A stretch of 64,000 nt of DNA from an uncultured Candidatus Saccharibacteria bacterium (GTDB lineage Bacteria; Patescibacteriota; Minisyncoccia; Phycocordibacterales; CALRHW01). Of the stretch, positions 9,304-19,966 are shown in pieces. Numbering within the stretch: position 1 is the stretch's first letter; each line of letters begins with the position of its first letter. Location of the stretch: NCBI GenBank assembly GCA_964407105.1, contig CAYOUG010000002.1:76003-140002 (forward strand), given 5' to 3'. Both the position numbers and the translations under genes were made by a program. Below the pieces are notes generated by a model. That model searched no databases and was not told the DNA's origin. It saw nothing but the letters and a program-made list of their open reading frames with translations.

Positions 9304-10695
9304 TTAAATTGGATTAATTTCAGGGCCCTTTTCACCATCTTTTATATCAAATCCAGATTTTTGAATGAGATCGCGTAACTCATCTGCTTTTTTCCAATCT
9401 TTTTGTTCACGTGCTTTTTCGCGGTCTGAAGCAAGTTTTTTAATATTTACTGGTATTTCTTTTAAATTTTTCTTTAGGGTTTTTGAAGCGCTCTTTAAAT
9501 TAAGACCCAAGATTTTATCAAATTCGTTGAGCGTTGCGCGTTTGTTTCGATCTGATACATTTTTATCTTTTAGCATTTCCCACATAAGTGCAAGTGCTTG
9601 AGGGGTATCAAGATCATTTTCTATGTGTTGTTTGAATAATCCCAAATATTTTTTATCTACTTTTCCAAGGATTGATAAATTTGAATAAATAAGTGCAAGT
9701 TTTGTGTAAGCGGTGTTTGCTCCCTCAAGCGCATCCCAACTAAAAGTAATCGGTGATCTGTATTGTGCGGTGAGTAACCAATAACGATATGCAAGTGGTG
9801 AAATATTTTTTTCTATAACACTTGCGAGACGTAAAAAATTACCTTCTGATTTTGCCATTTTTCCACCTTCTATATTTACGAATGCGTTATGTAGCCAATA
9901 ATGAGCATATTCTACACCTGTTGCACTTTCAGATTGGGCAATTTCATTGTTGTGATGAACGGGTATGTGATCTATTCCACCAGTGTGAATATCAAATGTT
10001 TCGCCAAGATACTTCATTGACATAGCTGAACACTCTAGGTGCCAACCCGGAAAACCGATACCCCAAGGAGATTTCCATTCTTGCTGTCGTTTTTCGTGTG
10101 GTTGAGAAAATTTCCACAACGCAAAATCGGTCATATGTTTTTTTTCTGAATTTATGGTAACTCGTGCTCCTTCTTGTAAATGAGCAAGATCAATGTTTCC
10201 AAGTTTGCCGTATTGTTTAAATTTTCTTGTGTCAAAATATATACCGTCTGATGTTTTGTAAGTAAATCCTTTTTGTTCAAGTTTTTGTATCAAAGCTATT
10301 TGTTCGGTGATATTTTCTGTGGCCTTTGGAAACACTGTATCTTTTGTATCTATGTTTAAGGCTTCAAGATCTTCAAAAAAAGCTTTTGTATAAAATGTAG
10401 TAATTTCTGACGCGGTTTTGCCTTCTTTTTTTGCGCCCTCTTCTATTTTGTCGCGCCCATCATCAGAATCACCCACAAGATGTCCTACATCGGTAATATT
10501 TATAACTTGAATTACTTTATATTTATTGTATTTAAGTGCTCGTTTTAGGATATCTGCAAAAACGTATGATCGTAAATTGCCGAGATGGGCATAGTTGTAG
10601 ACGGTTGGGCCACAATTGTACATACCCACAGTTTTTCCTTTTTGTGGAGTGAATATTTCTTTTTGTTTACTGAGTGTATTCCAGAATGAAAGCAT
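9304..10695 (-). CDS. cysS: Cysteine--tRNA ligase
   Basis: [16 protein letters not shown] (HIGH region), KMAKSEGN (KMSKS) and zinc ligands. Confidence 0.9.
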   Translation of the reverse strand: MLSFWNTLSKQKEIFTPQKGKTVGMYNCGPTVYNYAHLGNLRSYVFADILKRALKYNKYKVIQVINITDVGHLVGDSDDGRDKIEEGAKKEGKTASEITTFYTKAFFEDLEALNIDTKDTVFPKATENITEQIALIQKLEQKGFTYKTSDGIYFDTRKFKQYGKLGNIDLAHLQEGARVTINSEKKHMTDFALWKFSQPHEKRQQEWKSPWGIGFPGWHLECSAMSMKYLGETFDIHTGGIDHIPVHHNNEIAQSESATGVEYAHYWLHNAFVNIEGGKMAKSEGNFLRLASVIEKNISPLAYRYWLLTAQYRSPITFSWDALEGANTAYTKLALIYSNLSILGKVDKKYLGLFKQHIENDLDTPQALALMWEMLKDKNVSDRNKRATLNEFDKILGLNLKSASKTLKKNLKEIPVNIKKLASDREKAREQKDWKKADELRDLIQKSGFDIKDGEKGPEINPI

Positions 10696-10722
10696 GATGG
10701 TAAAAATCTATCAAAACAGTGA

Positions 10723-11637
10723 TTATAGCCAACCCTTAAACTTGAAGAATGAAAACATTGCACTACCCGCAACAAAAATAAGACCTATAAGAATCCAAAA
10801 ATCGTTGGGACTTCCTACTATAGGTCTGGATATTGTGTCGATTTGAAACACTGATGTAATGAGTGAAAGGGGAACAGCAATAAATGCAAGAATGGTAAGA
10901 ATTTTTGTAATCTCATTTTGTTTAGCGTTAAGAAGAGAATTGTTGGTCTCGCGAAGTTCGTTTACTGTGTCTATATTACTCTCAAGGGCGTTTTGTATTC
11001 TTCGATATTCGTCGGTGGCCGCGTGTGTATAATATGAGAAATGATCACCAAAAAGTTTTTTGCCGGCAATTTCTAGTGTTGTAAAGATTTCCTGATGCAT
11101 TCTAATAGTTTTTTTGAAATCTAAAAGAATTTTGCCCACATTTGAAAGAGCAAATACCATTTCTTTTTCGCTACCCTTAAAAATTTTTGATTCTATATCT
11201 TTTATCCAATCTTCAATGTATGCGAGTTCATCAAAAACAGAGTGATAAATTTCTTTTAATAAAATATAAAAAAGATATCCAGCCGGATATTCTATATTTT
11301 TTTTATCAAGCAACGAGCTTACTTCAATCTTTTTTGCAAACTTGTGAATGGAGTCTATGGTGTCGTATCGAGCAGTGATTAAAAAATCTTTTCCAATAAT
11401 AAAATCAACTTCTTGATCTGCTTTGTCTGTGTGACTGTGTTTAAATGCAGGGAAATGCAATACAACATAAATAAAATCAGAATGAAACTCTACTCTTGGG
11501 CGAGCGGTGGGTAGTGATAGTTCATTGCCCACTACGGGGTCAATATGAAATTCTTGAATGATTGTATCAATATCTGCCTCGGTTGGGTGATCAAGATCAA
11601 TCCATGTAATGTCTTTATGAGAATATCTATGTATCAT
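10723..11637 (-). CDS. CorA-like divalent cation transporter, non-canonical (GMN motif replaced)
   Basis: About 300 aa with two C-terminal TM helices and a CorA-like terminal FKFKGWL; the expected YGMNF is VFQID here. Confidence 0.45.
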   Translation of the reverse strand: MIHRYSHKDITWIDLDHPTEADIDTIIQEFHIDPVVGNELSLPTARPRVEFHSDFIYVVLHFPAFKHSHTDKADQEVDFIIGKDFLITARYDTIDSIHKFAKKIEVSSLLDKKNIEYPAGYLFYILLKEIYHSVFDELAYIEDWIKDIESKIFKGSEKEMVFALSNVGKILLDFKKTIRMHQEIFTTLEIAGKKLFGDHFSYYTHAATDEYRRIQNALESNIDTVNELRETNNSLLNAKQNEITKILTILAFIAVPLSLITSVFQIDTISRPIVGSPNDFWILIGLIFVAGSAMFSFFKFKGWL

Positions 11638-11711
11638 ATGAAAGGAATTAATCTAATTATAATGCAATACGTGTTTGACCACAAGAAGTCTGTTTGCGAT
11701 AATGATGAACA

Positions 11712-12941
11712 ATGAATGAATATTTTTCGAAGTACCGTATTACGGTTATAGTTTCGTTTCTTATAATATGTACTTCTTTTTTTGGTGGAGTGTATGTGGG
11801 CATACATCAGAAAACCACCGGTACAGCAGCTGACTTACAAAACAAAAATCCAAACACACTTGTAAAAGGAGACTTTTCGCCATTTTGGAGAGCGTGGGAT
11901 ATTCTTACTGAAAAATATGTTGGGTCCGCTTCAAGTTCTAAATCTGTAAATGATCAGGAAAAAATATGGGGCGCAATCGAAGGACTTGCTCGGTCATTTG
12001 GCGATCCATACACAGTATTTTTTCCTCCAGAAGAATCTGAAATGTTTAAAAATGATATTGCAGGAAATTTTCAAGGTGTTGGTATGGAAATCGGTATTCA
12101 AGATGACATTTTAACCGTTATTGCACCATTAAAAGGTACACCTGCTGATAAAGCTGGAATTCGCGCACAAGATAAAATTTTAAAAATCGATGAAGTGTCC
12201 ACTGTAAATTTGAGCTCTGAAGAAGCTGTAAAACTTATTCGTGGAAAAGAGGGAACAAAAGTTAAGTTTCTCATTTTACGAGAAGGCGTTGATCAACCAA
12301 TTGAAATTTTAGTGACTCGTGCCGTGATAGATATTCCAACGATTAAAACACAACTTCGACCAGATGGGGTTTTTGTAATTGAACTTTATAATTTTTCTGC
12401 AATTTCTGCCGATCTTTTTAGATCAGCATTAAGAGAGTTTGTATCTTCTAGGAGCAACAAATTGGTTCTTGATTTACGAGGAAATCCTGGCGGATATTTG
12501 GAAGCAGCGGTAGACATGGCAAGTTGGTTTTTACCGCTCGGTGACGTTGTTGTAAGAGAAGATTTTGGTGGTAAACAAGAAGAAACAATTCATCGAAGTA
12601 AGGGTTTCAGTATTTTTAATGAAAAACTTAAAATGGCTGTGCTTATCGATGCGGGATCAGCATCAGCATCTGAAATTCTTGCGGGGGCACTTTCTGAGCA
12701 TGGTGTGGCCACACTCGTTGGTACACGATCTTATGGAAAGGGTTCGGTGCAAGAACTTGTAAAAATTACTCCAGAAACTTCTCTTAAAGTAACCATTGCT
12801 CGATGGTTGACACCAAACGGTGTTTCTATTTCTGAGGGGGGTCTGAAACCGTCCTTGGAAGTAGAGAGAACACTAGAAGATGTAAAGAAGGGGATTGATC
12901 CACAAATGGCAAAGGCAGTTGAACTATTACTCAAAAAATGA
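11712..12941 (+). CDS. ctpA: Carboxyl-terminal processing protease (S41 family, PDZ domain)
   Basis: PDZ region (GIRAQDKILKIDE), then GNPGGYL and SASASEILAGAL S41 catalytic motifs. Confidence 0.8.
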   Translation: MNEYFSKYRITVIVSFLIICTSFFGGVYVGIHQKTTGTAADLQNKNPNTLVKGDFSPFWRAWDILTEKYVGSASSSKSVNDQEKIWGAIEGLARSFGDPYTVFFPPEESEMFKNDIAGNFQGVGMEIGIQDDILTVIAPLKGTPADKAGIRAQDKILKIDEVSTVNLSSEEAVKLIRGKEGTKVKFLILREGVDQPIEILVTRAVIDIPTIKTQLRPDGVFVIELYNFSAISADLFRSALREFVSSRSNKLVLDLRGNPGGYLEAAVDMASWFLPLGDVVVREDFGGKQEETIHRSKGFSIFNEKLKMAVLIDAGSASASEILAGALSEHGVATLVGTRSYGKGSVQELVKITPETSLKVTIARWLTPNGVSISEGGLKPSLEVERTLEDVKKGIDPQMAKAVELLLKK

Positions 12942-12976
12942 TAGAACTCTAGAATCATTTAATTATAAAAAACAGC

Positions 12977-13423
12977 ATGAAAGTTATTTTACTAAAAAAT
13001 GTGCCAAAGGTTGGTCAGAAATATGATGTGAAAAATGTTGCGGATGGTTATGCGCTTAATTTCCTTATTCCTCAAAAGCTCGCTGAGGTGGCCACCTCAA
13101 GTGCTGTAAAAAAAATTGAAGTTTTAAAATCAGCTGATCAAACACAAAAAAAGGTACAGGAAGATTTGTTATTGAAAAATCTTGAAAGTGTAAATTTGGC
13201 AAAAATTGAACTTACAGAAAAAGCCAATGATAAAGGGCATCTTTTCTCTGGTATTCATAAAGAACAACTTATTGCGGCACTAAAAGATCAAGCACACCTT
13301 GATTTAAGTGCTGATTTTATTGATCTTTCAAAACCAATAAAGGAGGTGGGAGAGCACAAGGTTGTTGTGAAAGTGGGGGATAAAAAAGCCGAGTTTTCTT
13401 TGACGATAAAAGCAACTCAATAG
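12977..13423 (+). CDS. rplI: 50S ribosomal protein L9
   Basis: MKVILLKNVPKVGQKYDVKNVADGYALNFLIPQKLA. Confidence 0.85.
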   Translation: MKVILLKNVPKVGQKYDVKNVADGYALNFLIPQKLAEVATSSAVKKIEVLKSADQTQKKVQEDLLLKNLESVNLAKIELTEKANDKGHLFSGIHKEQLIAALKDQAHLDLSADFIDLSKPIKEVGEHKVVVKVGDKKAEFSLTIKATQ

Positions 13424-13441
13424 TAGATATTTTTTAAAAAG

Positions 13442-13481
13442 AAAAGCCCTTGGGGTGCGCGATGCACCTTGAGGGCTTTTT
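13442..13481. terminator. Rho-independent terminator after rplI (bidirectional hairpin)
   Basis: AAAAGCCCT...AGGGCTTTT stem flanked by A and T runs. Confidence 0.6.
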
Positions 13482-13506
13482 CAAGCTTGAATTTGTTTCG
13501 TCTTGT

Positions 13507-13656
13507 TTAGTGGTTTGCCGCCACCTCGGCAACCTTTCCGTTTGTTGTTCGCGGTGACTTATCCAACACAAACATCACAATCATGATGACCGCGAAAATT
13601 CCAACGATTATTAGCAAAGGTTCAAGCCTGTCTAGATCTTTGGTGTTTGTCGACAT
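13507..13656 (-). CDS. Small hypothetical membrane protein (about 50 aa)
   Basis: MSTNTKDLDRLEPLLIIVGIFAVIMIVMFVL single TM; start placed at internal ATG of ORF 13507..13782; GC-elevated. Confidence 0.25.
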   Translation of the reverse strand: MSTNTKDLDRLEPLLIIVGIFAVIMIVMFVLDKSPRTTNGKVAEVAANH

Positions 13657-13822
13657 GCACATTCCTTTCTTTGTGTGTGATTGCGGCTTGGGTCGATGTT
13701 TGTACGTGCGGGATGTTTCTAAAATACACAATACAACACAAAACAAAAAAAAGCAATAAAGATAATATAAAACGAAACACAAAAAACTTTTCGAATGGGT
13801 GAGTTGAGCGCTCCAGTAAACA

Positions 13823-14095
13823 TTAAACCACGTGAACTATTTTTTTTATTTTGATTGAGTTATCAAAATGAATTTTTCGAGTTTTTGCAAATTTTACGAC
13901 GCCTTCCTTAAGAGCAAAAAGTGTTTGGTCTTTACCCATACCAACATTTTTACCAGGAATAACATCAGTGCCACGTTGACGCACTAAAATAGAACCAGCT
14001 TTAGCAACTGCTCCTGAAGTTATTTTAATACCGAGATATTTTGGATTGGAATCTCTACCGTTTTTGGTCGATCCTCCAGCTTTTTTGGTTGCCAT
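13823..14095 (-). CDS. rpmA: 50S ribosomal protein L27
   Basis: [25 protein letters not shown]-terminus. Confidence 0.9.
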   Translation of the reverse strand: MATKKAGGSTKNGRDSNPKYLGIKITSGAVAKAGSILVRQRGTDVIPGKNVGMGKDQTLFALKEGVVKFAKTRKIHFDNSIKIKKIVHVV

Positions 14096-14135
14096 ACTTT
14101 ATAATCTATACTTTATCTGCTAAAATTACAGTTAC

Positions 14136-14567
14136 ATGAGTATAAAAGATAATCTCCTAAAAATCAAGTCTTTTGTGGATATTGTGTACAATATTAAAAA
14201 ACGCCATATTTCAAGGTTATTTTTAGCCTTTTTCATCATTCTTGTAGCGATTTCTTGTTTTGGTTTGGGTAGGCTTTCAGCTCTTCGTAATGCTCGAACG
14301 CCGATTACTTTAGGCATTATTAATGAATTATCAGCCGCCGATATTAAAAACACGCCCAGTAATGTTTCGGTTACCACCACGTCTATAAACAATGAGGGGA
14401 TAGTGGTGGCTTCTAAGCAAGGGAAAATATATCATTTTCCGTGGTGTTCTGGCGCAAAACGAATTTCGGCAGAAAATAAAATTACATTTTCTTCGCGAAC
14501 CGAAGCAGAAAAAGCGGGATATGCGCCGGCTAAAAATTGCAAAGGACTCATCGTAGACTCTAAATAA
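14136..14567 (+). CDS. Membrane-anchored hypothetical protein with C-terminal Cys motif (YHFPWC...GYAPAKNC)
   Basis: N-terminal TM; C-terminal YHxPxC...F.S...A...GY.PxKxC pattern reminiscent of a small metal-binding domain seen in Gram-positive lipoproteins and nucleases. Confidence 0.4.
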   Translation: MSIKDNLLKIKSFVDIVYNIKKRHISRLFLAFFIILVAISCFGLGRLSALRNARTPITLGIINELSAADIKNTPSNVSVTTTSINNEGIVVASKQGKIYHFPWCSGAKRISAENKITFSSRTEAEKAGYAPAKNCKGLIVDSK

Positions 14568-14569
14568 TT

Positions 14570-14830
14570 ATGAGACGAAAAATAGAAAACACATTAATTT
14601 ATGGTTGCGGCGGATTCGTTATTGGAATCGGTGTCCTTGGTTTATTCTTACCCATAATTCAGGGAATTGTGCTTATTGCGCTTGGTCTTTATATAATCTC
14701 CCTTCGTTCAGAACGCGCCAAGCGTCTTCTTGATCGTATTTTAAATAAGTTTCCTTTTATTCATACTGTTGTCACAAAATTTTCCACTTATTCAAAAAGT
14801 TTTGTTCACAAAATGGGTATGTTTTTCTAG
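14570..14830 (+). CDS. Small inner-membrane protein (YbaN/DUF454-like)
   Basis: Two TM helices; GLFLPIIQGIVLIALGLYIISLRSERAKR. Confidence 0.3.
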   Translation: MRRKIENTLIYGCGGFVIGIGVLGLFLPIIQGIVLIALGLYIISLRSERAKRLLDRILNKFPFIHTVVTKFSTYSKSFVHKMGMFF

Positions 14831-14919
14831 GTGTCGATTGGATATTTTTGATAAAATTTTAATACTTGACGTATTAAGTGTTTTTGTTACAATAAAGTTA
14901 TATTTTTAAAAAACAACTA

Positions 14920-16224
14920 ATGGTTGATGTTAATTTTAATACAGGAAAAATAAATTTTAAGAAAAAATTTCAGCAATATCTTATTTCTTTGAGACTTGGT
15001 TTTTTCTTGGCACTTCGTCAGGTGAGCAGAAGTAGTAAGTGGACAACGATTCTTATTATTTTTGTAATGACCCTTACGTTTTTAAATCTTGTGGTGGTGA
15101 GTGGTATTTTGGTGGGTCTTATTGAAGGTTCGGTTCAGGCAGTAAAAAGTCGCTATTTAAGTGATGTGATTGTTTCTACACTAAAAGAAAAAACATATAT
15201 TGAAAACAGTCCATATGTGATCAATGTTGCAAAAAATTTACCATGGACAAAAGCAGTATCTGCTCGATATCTTGAGGGTGGAAAAATAGAGGCCAATTAT
15301 AAAAATCGTGTAAAAAAAACAGATTTAATTGATAGTGTGAGTACTATTATCGCCGGCATTAATCCAGATGATGAAAATGCAGTAACTGGAATAAAAGATC
15401 TTGTAATTGAGGGTTCATATCTTACTTCAACAGATTATGATCAGGTACTTTTGGGTCACAATCTTCTTCGAAAATATTTACCTATTGAATCACCAGGGTT
15501 TACAACACTTCAAGACGTTGAGGTGGGTGATAAAGTAAGACTTGTGATAAACGGTAACACGCGAGAGGTTTATGTGAAAGGTATTTTAAAGAGTAAGGTT
15601 GACGAAGTGAGTCGTCGAGTATTTATGACTGATACACAACTCCGAGGTCTTATTGGTCGTTCCGATTACAATGTCGATGAAATTTCTATTTTACTTAAAC
15701 CTGGTTCTGATCCAGTGGTCGCTCGTGACGCTATGCTTGCAAGTGGGGTGGGGAAATATTCGAAAGTACAAACATTTGAAGAGGGTTTGCCTAAATTTTT
15801 AATTGATATTAAAAATACGTTTGCTATTTTAGGAAATGCCGTGAGTTCTATTGGTCTTGTGGTGGCGTCGATTACAATTTTTATTGTTATTTTTATAAAC
15901 GCAATTACTCGTCGGAAATTTATTGGTATTTTAAAGGGAATTGGTATTCATTCAACCGCAATTGAATTTGCATACGTACTTCAGTCACTTTTTTATGCAT
16001 TTATGGGTACATTGCTTGGCGCTATTATACTTTTTGTATTCCTTAAACCATATATTGCAACACACCCCATAGACTTTCCATTTAGTGACGGTATTTTGGT
16101 GGCAACAATTTCTGGTACATTAATTCGTGCCGGAATACTTTTTGTGGCAACACTTATTGCCGGATACATTCCTGCAAAAATTGTGGTTAAACAAAATACA
16201 CTCGATGCGATTTTGGGGCGCTAA
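14920..16224 (+). CDS. ABC transporter permease, FtsX/MacB-like
   Basis: N-terminal TM, large periplasmic domain, 3 C-terminal TMs; adjacent to the ATPase and MFP genes. Confidence 0.75.
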   Translation: MVDVNFNTGKINFKKKFQQYLISLRLGFFLALRQVSRSSKWTTILIIFVMTLTFLNLVVVSGILVGLIEGSVQAVKSRYLSDVIVSTLKEKTYIENSPYVINVAKNLPWTKAVSARYLEGGKIEANYKNRVKKTDLIDSVSTIIAGINPDDENAVTGIKDLVIEGSYLTSTDYDQVLLGHNLLRKYLPIESPGFTTLQDVEVGDKVRLVINGNTREVYVKGILKSKVDEVSRRVFMTDTQLRGLIGRSDYNVDEISILLKPGSDPVVARDAMLASGVGKYSKVQTFEEGLPKFLIDIKNTFAILGNAVSSIGLVVASITIFIVIFINAITRRKFIGILKGIGIHSTAIEFAYVLQSLFYAFMGTLLGAIILFVFLKPYIATHPIDFPFSDGILVATISGTLIRAGILFVATLIAGYIPAKIVVKQNTLDAILGR

Positions 16225-16242
16225 AACATACATAAAACATTT

Positions 16243-16929
16243 ATGATTACCGTAGAAAAACTTGTAAAATCTTTCCATAGTGGTGATTCCGAGCTCGTGG
16301 TATTAAAGGGTATGAGTTTTAGTGTTCCTGAGGGGCAATTTTTATCAGTCACAGGAAGATCTGGTTCTGGAAAAAGCACATTGCTTTATCAGCTTGGTTT
16401 ACTCGATCAGCCGAACTCTGGAAAAATTACAATAGATGGTGTTTCTGTGGAAACACTAGACAATCGCGAAAGAACACAATTTCGTCTTGAGAGACTTGGA
16501 TATGTGTTTCAAGATTACGCACTTTTACCAGAACTTTCTTCACTTGAAAATGTGATGTTGCCACTTCTTATGATGGGTGAATCAAAATGGCAGGCTCGCC
16601 AAAAAGCTACGTCTGCTTTAGAAAAAGTGGGGCTTGGTGATAAACTACCCAATTTGCCGAGTCAGCTTTCTGGGGGTCAGCAACAACGTGTAAGTATTGC
16701 TAGAGCCATTGGTCACAGTCCAAAAATTATTTTTGCTGATGAACCTACAGCAAACCTAGATAGTGAAACGGCAAAAGTGGTCATTAATACTTTTCAAGAA
16801 TTACACAAAGAAGGACAAACCATAATAATGGTGACTCATGAAGAAGAGTATTCTCGGCGTACAGATAGGGTGATTATGCTTTCAGACGGACAAATTATTT
16901 CAGACGTTATGCAAAACAAAAAAAGTTAA
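16243..16929 (+). CDS. ABC transporter ATP-binding protein (MacB/LolD-like)
   Basis: Walker A GRSGSGKST, signature LSGGQQQRVSIARA, Walker B IIFADEPT. Confidence 0.9.
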   Translation: MITVEKLVKSFHSGDSELVVLKGMSFSVPEGQFLSVTGRSGSGKSTLLYQLGLLDQPNSGKITIDGVSVETLDNRERTQFRLERLGYVFQDYALLPELSSLENVMLPLLMMGESKWQARQKATSALEKVGLGDKLPNLPSQLSGGQQQRVSIARAIGHSPKIIFADEPTANLDSETAKVVINTFQELHKEGQTIIMVTHEEEYSRRTDRVIMLSDGQIISDVMQNKKS

Positions 16930-16938
16930 AAAACACAT

Positions 16939-18438
16939 ATGAATACAAAAAATACAAAAAGAAAATATATAATAGGTGGTGTAATTTTAATTATTATTGC
17001 TATTACGTCTTTTTTCGTTTTTAGAAAAAGTGATAGTGGAATTACGCCTGTGATTGTAGGAAAAACAGATATTGTTCAAACGGTACTTGCCTCAGGAAAT
17101 ACAAAAGCAATAAACACGGTAGATCTTGGTTTTGAAACAAGCGGTAAGGTACTTCAAGCGTATGTAAAAGTGGGTGACAGGGTAACCACTGGTCAAACTC
17201 TTATAGAGCTCGATAGTAGCGAACTCCAGGCAAATTTACTTAAGGCACAGGCTGATCTTGCTGAAGAATTAGCGGTAAAAGAGACCGATAGTATTGCTGT
17301 CAACGATGCAATACAAAATGCAAAAGTTGAAATTTTTGATGCTTATACAAAAGCAGATAATGTTGTACGCGAGACATTGGATCAATTTTTTGAAAATCCA
17401 GGAGGTAATATAGATACAAATTTTAAACCATATGTACAAGATGGTAGCACTAGTTATTTTTTCACAGTCCCATTTAATGTTAAAACTGATATTAATATAA
17501 AAAGAAAAGAAATCGAACAGAAACGATTAATATGGCAAAACCACTTAAATAATTTAACAAAAAATAATACAGAAGAATTACTTAGTGAGTCAGAAATAAA
17601 CCTCCAATACATTGGTGATTTTGTGGACCAAGTTTCTGAAATTATATTTGCATTAATGCCGACACAAAGTGCTTATGCGACGGTGGTTTCTGGTTATAAA
17701 TCAGATGTTTCTTCTGCTCGTACAATAATTAACACATCTTTATCAAATTTAAATTCTGCGCGTGAAAAAATAAATACCACAAAAGCTGGTGAGGTTTCAA
17801 ATTTTCCAACTGGTGCTATTTCGGCTCAACAAGCACGAAAACTTCAATTTGAAGCGCAAATAAAAAATATTCAATCGCAAATTGCAAAAAGACGTATCGT
17901 AGCTTCTTTTGATGGTATGGTAACAAAGCAAGATGTAGAAAAAGGTGAAATCGTAAGCGCTGGTCAAACCATTCTTTCTATTATTTCAGACAACAAACTT
18001 GAAATAGAATCAAATATTTCTGAAGTAAATATTAGTAAAATTGCTATCGGAAATAGTGTGGAAATTACATTTGATGCATTTCAGGGGGAAAAATTTACTG
18101 GGACAGTATCTTATATTGATCCGGGTGAAACACTTATGGATGGTGTTGTAAATTATAAAATAAAAGTAGCACTTTCAAATATAGATTCCAAAATAAAAAG
18201 TGGATTGACTGTAAATCTAAATATAGAAACATCAAAGAAATCTGGTGTTGTGTCTGTGCCACTTTATGCTGTAAAAACGAGATCGGACGGAAGTTATGTT
18301 CAAAAAATAATCGGTGACACCACAAAAGAAGTTCCGGTTGTTACTGGAATTGTTGGTCAAGATGGTATGGTTGAAATAGTTTCAGGTCTTGATGTGGGTG
18401 ATGTGGTTGGAGTTGGAGAAACAACTTCTGGAAATTAA
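16939..18438 (+). CDS. HlyD-family periplasmic adaptor / membrane fusion protein (MacA-like)
   Basis: N-terminal TM, long coiled-coil, C-terminal beta-barrel region; operon context with ABC pump. Confidence 0.7.
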   Translation: MNTKNTKRKYIIGGVILIIIAITSFFVFRKSDSGITPVIVGKTDIVQTVLASGNTKAINTVDLGFETSGKVLQAYVKVGDRVTTGQTLIELDSSELQANLLKAQADLAEELAVKETDSIAVNDAIQNAKVEIFDAYTKADNVVRETLDQFFENPGGNIDTNFKPYVQDGSTSYFFTVPFNVKTDINIKRKEIEQKRLIWQNHLNNLTKNNTEELLSESEINLQYIGDFVDQVSEIIFALMPTQSAYATVVSGYKSDVSSARTIINTSLSNLNSAREKINTTKAGEVSNFPTGAISAQQARKLQFEAQIKNIQSQIAKRRIVASFDGMVTKQDVEKGEIVSAGQTILSIISDNKLEIESNISEVNISKIAIGNSVEITFDAFQGEKFTGTVSYIDPGETLMDGVVNYKIKVALSNIDSKIKSGLTVNLNIETSKKSGVVSVPLYAVKTRSDGSYVQKIIGDTTKEVPVVTGIVGQDGMVEIVSGLDVGDVVGVGETTSGN

Positions 18439-18452
18439 TTTATAACATCAAA

Positions 18453-18923
18453 ATGTTTAAATCAGATTTTGAGAATCATCCGATACTTAAAATTCATAAA
18501 TTTATATTTCTTGTGGAAAAAAGTGTTGAATATGAACTTCAAAAAGAACTTGGTTTGGGTTTTTCTCAGTTCATGATTTTGGTAATGGTTGGAAAACATC
18601 CGGGTATTTCGCAAAGGAAACTTTCACTTTTGCGAGATGTTACTCAGGCGGCTATTAGTCGTCATATTGAGGTTATGAAAAAGAAAGGATATATTTCTCA
18701 AAAACAGAATGAAAATAATCGGCGTGAACACATACTTCATCTTACTTTAAAGGGTGAACAATATGCCAACAAGGCTTTTGTGTTAGCAGAAAAAAAGATT
18801 CGTGTTATATTTGAGACCGTCAATATTAAAGAAGAAAAATATTTAGGAAAAATTTTCGATCAATTATTGCAATGTTTTAAATCTGAAATGCCAGAATATC
18901 TTTTATGTGAAAAAAATAAATAA
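18453..18923 (+). CDS. MarR family transcriptional regulator
   Basis: Winged HTH: GISQRKLSLLRDVTQAAISRHIEVMKKKGYI. Confidence 0.6.
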   Translation: MFKSDFENHPILKIHKFIFLVEKSVEYELQKELGLGFSQFMILVMVGKHPGISQRKLSLLRDVTQAAISRHIEVMKKKGYISQKQNENNRREHILHLTLKGEQYANKAFVLAEKKIRVIFETVNIKEEKYLGKIFDQLLQCFKSEMPEYLLCEKNK

Positions 18924-19863
18924 GAATTTACCTATGGATACAAAACCTCAATTTGAAATACTTTTGTTTTATAAATATGTAGAAATTGCTGATCCAAAAA
19001 AGTTTATGTATGAGCAACGCGCTCTCTGTGAACGTTTTCATCTTACTGGACGAATGATTATTGCAGAAGAGGGGATCAACGCTACACTTGAAGGTACAAA
19101 AAATAATACTGACGCATATTGTAAGGCGCTATTTTCTGACCCAAGGTTTTCTGATGTTCATATGAAAAGAAGTACTGGTACTGGTGACGCATTTCCACGT
19201 TTATCTATAAAGGTACGTAAAGATATTGTAAGCAATGCTCTCACCGCACAAGTAGATCCTCGCACCACCACAGGTAAGCGTCTTTCTCCCGACGAACTCC
19301 ATAAGTGGATGAAAGAAAAACGTGATTCTTTTTATATTGTTGATATGCGAAACGACTACGAGCATAAATCAGGACATTTTGATGGTTCTATTTTACCCCC
19401 GCTTAAAAATTTTAGGGATCTTTCTGATGTAACAAAAAACGATCTCTCTCATTTAAAAGATAAGACGGTTGTGACGGTGTGTACTGGTGGTGTGAGATGT
19501 GAAAAAGCTTCTGGATATCTTGTAAAAGAGGGTTTTAATGATGTATATCAGCTTGATGGGGGAATAGTAAGCTATATGGAAAAATATCCTAGTGATGGTT
19601 TTAAAGGCTCACTTTATGTTTTTGATAAAAGAAAAGTGATGCATTTTGATGATCCCGCAACCCACGAGGTGGTGGGGCGGTGTGATTTGTGCGGTCTACC
19701 ATCAGAAAACTATGAGAATTGTTCACTTGATACATGCCACCACCACTTTATTTGTTGTTTAGATTGTAAAAAAGCCCAAAACGACGACCATTTTTGCTCG
19801 GTTGAATGCATGGAAGGGAAGAGTTTGTTAAAAAAAGATAAGATTTTTGCTAGCCAGCAGTAA
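18907..19863 (+). CDS. trhO: Rhodanese-domain protein, UPF0176/YceA family (tRNA U34 hydroxylase TrhO-like)
   Basis: N-terminal region ILLFYKYVEI, central rhodanese domain with CTGGVRCEKA active-site loop, C-terminal Cys cluster. Confidence 0.7.
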   Translation: MKKINKNLPMDTKPQFEILLFYKYVEIADPKKFMYEQRALCERFHLTGRMIIAEEGINATLEGTKNNTDAYCKALFSDPRFSDVHMKRSTGTGDAFPRLSIKVRKDIVSNALTAQVDPRTTTGKRLSPDELHKWMKEKRDSFYIVDMRNDYEHKSGHFDGSILPPLKNFRDLSDVTKNDLSHLKDKTVVTVCTGGVRCEKASGYLVKEGFNDVYQLDGGIVSYMEKYPSDGFKGSLYVFDKRKVMHFDDPATHEVVGRCDLCGLPSENYENCSLDTCHHHFICCLDCKKAQNDDHFCSVECMEGKSLLKKDKIFASQQ

Positions 19864-19937
19864 ATAAAAATATCAAAAAACGGCTTAAATTAAGGGTTTT
19901 TTGGTATTATTTATACCACAGAAAATCATTTTTGTCA

Positions 19938-19966
19938 TTGACAAGGGTCTTTGAATATGCTATTAT
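19938..19966 (+). promoter_or_regulatory. Consensus sigma70 promoter TTGACA-17-TATTAT
   Basis: TTGACA at 19938-19943, 17-nt spacer, TATTAT at 19961-19966; small hairpin plus U-run follows. Confidence 0.5.

Noticed and set aside
14132-14392. 86-aa minus-strand ORF as rplU (L21) upstream of rpmA
   Set aside because: The sequence has no L21 similarity. The overlapping plus-strand ORF with the conserved Cys motif is the better model.
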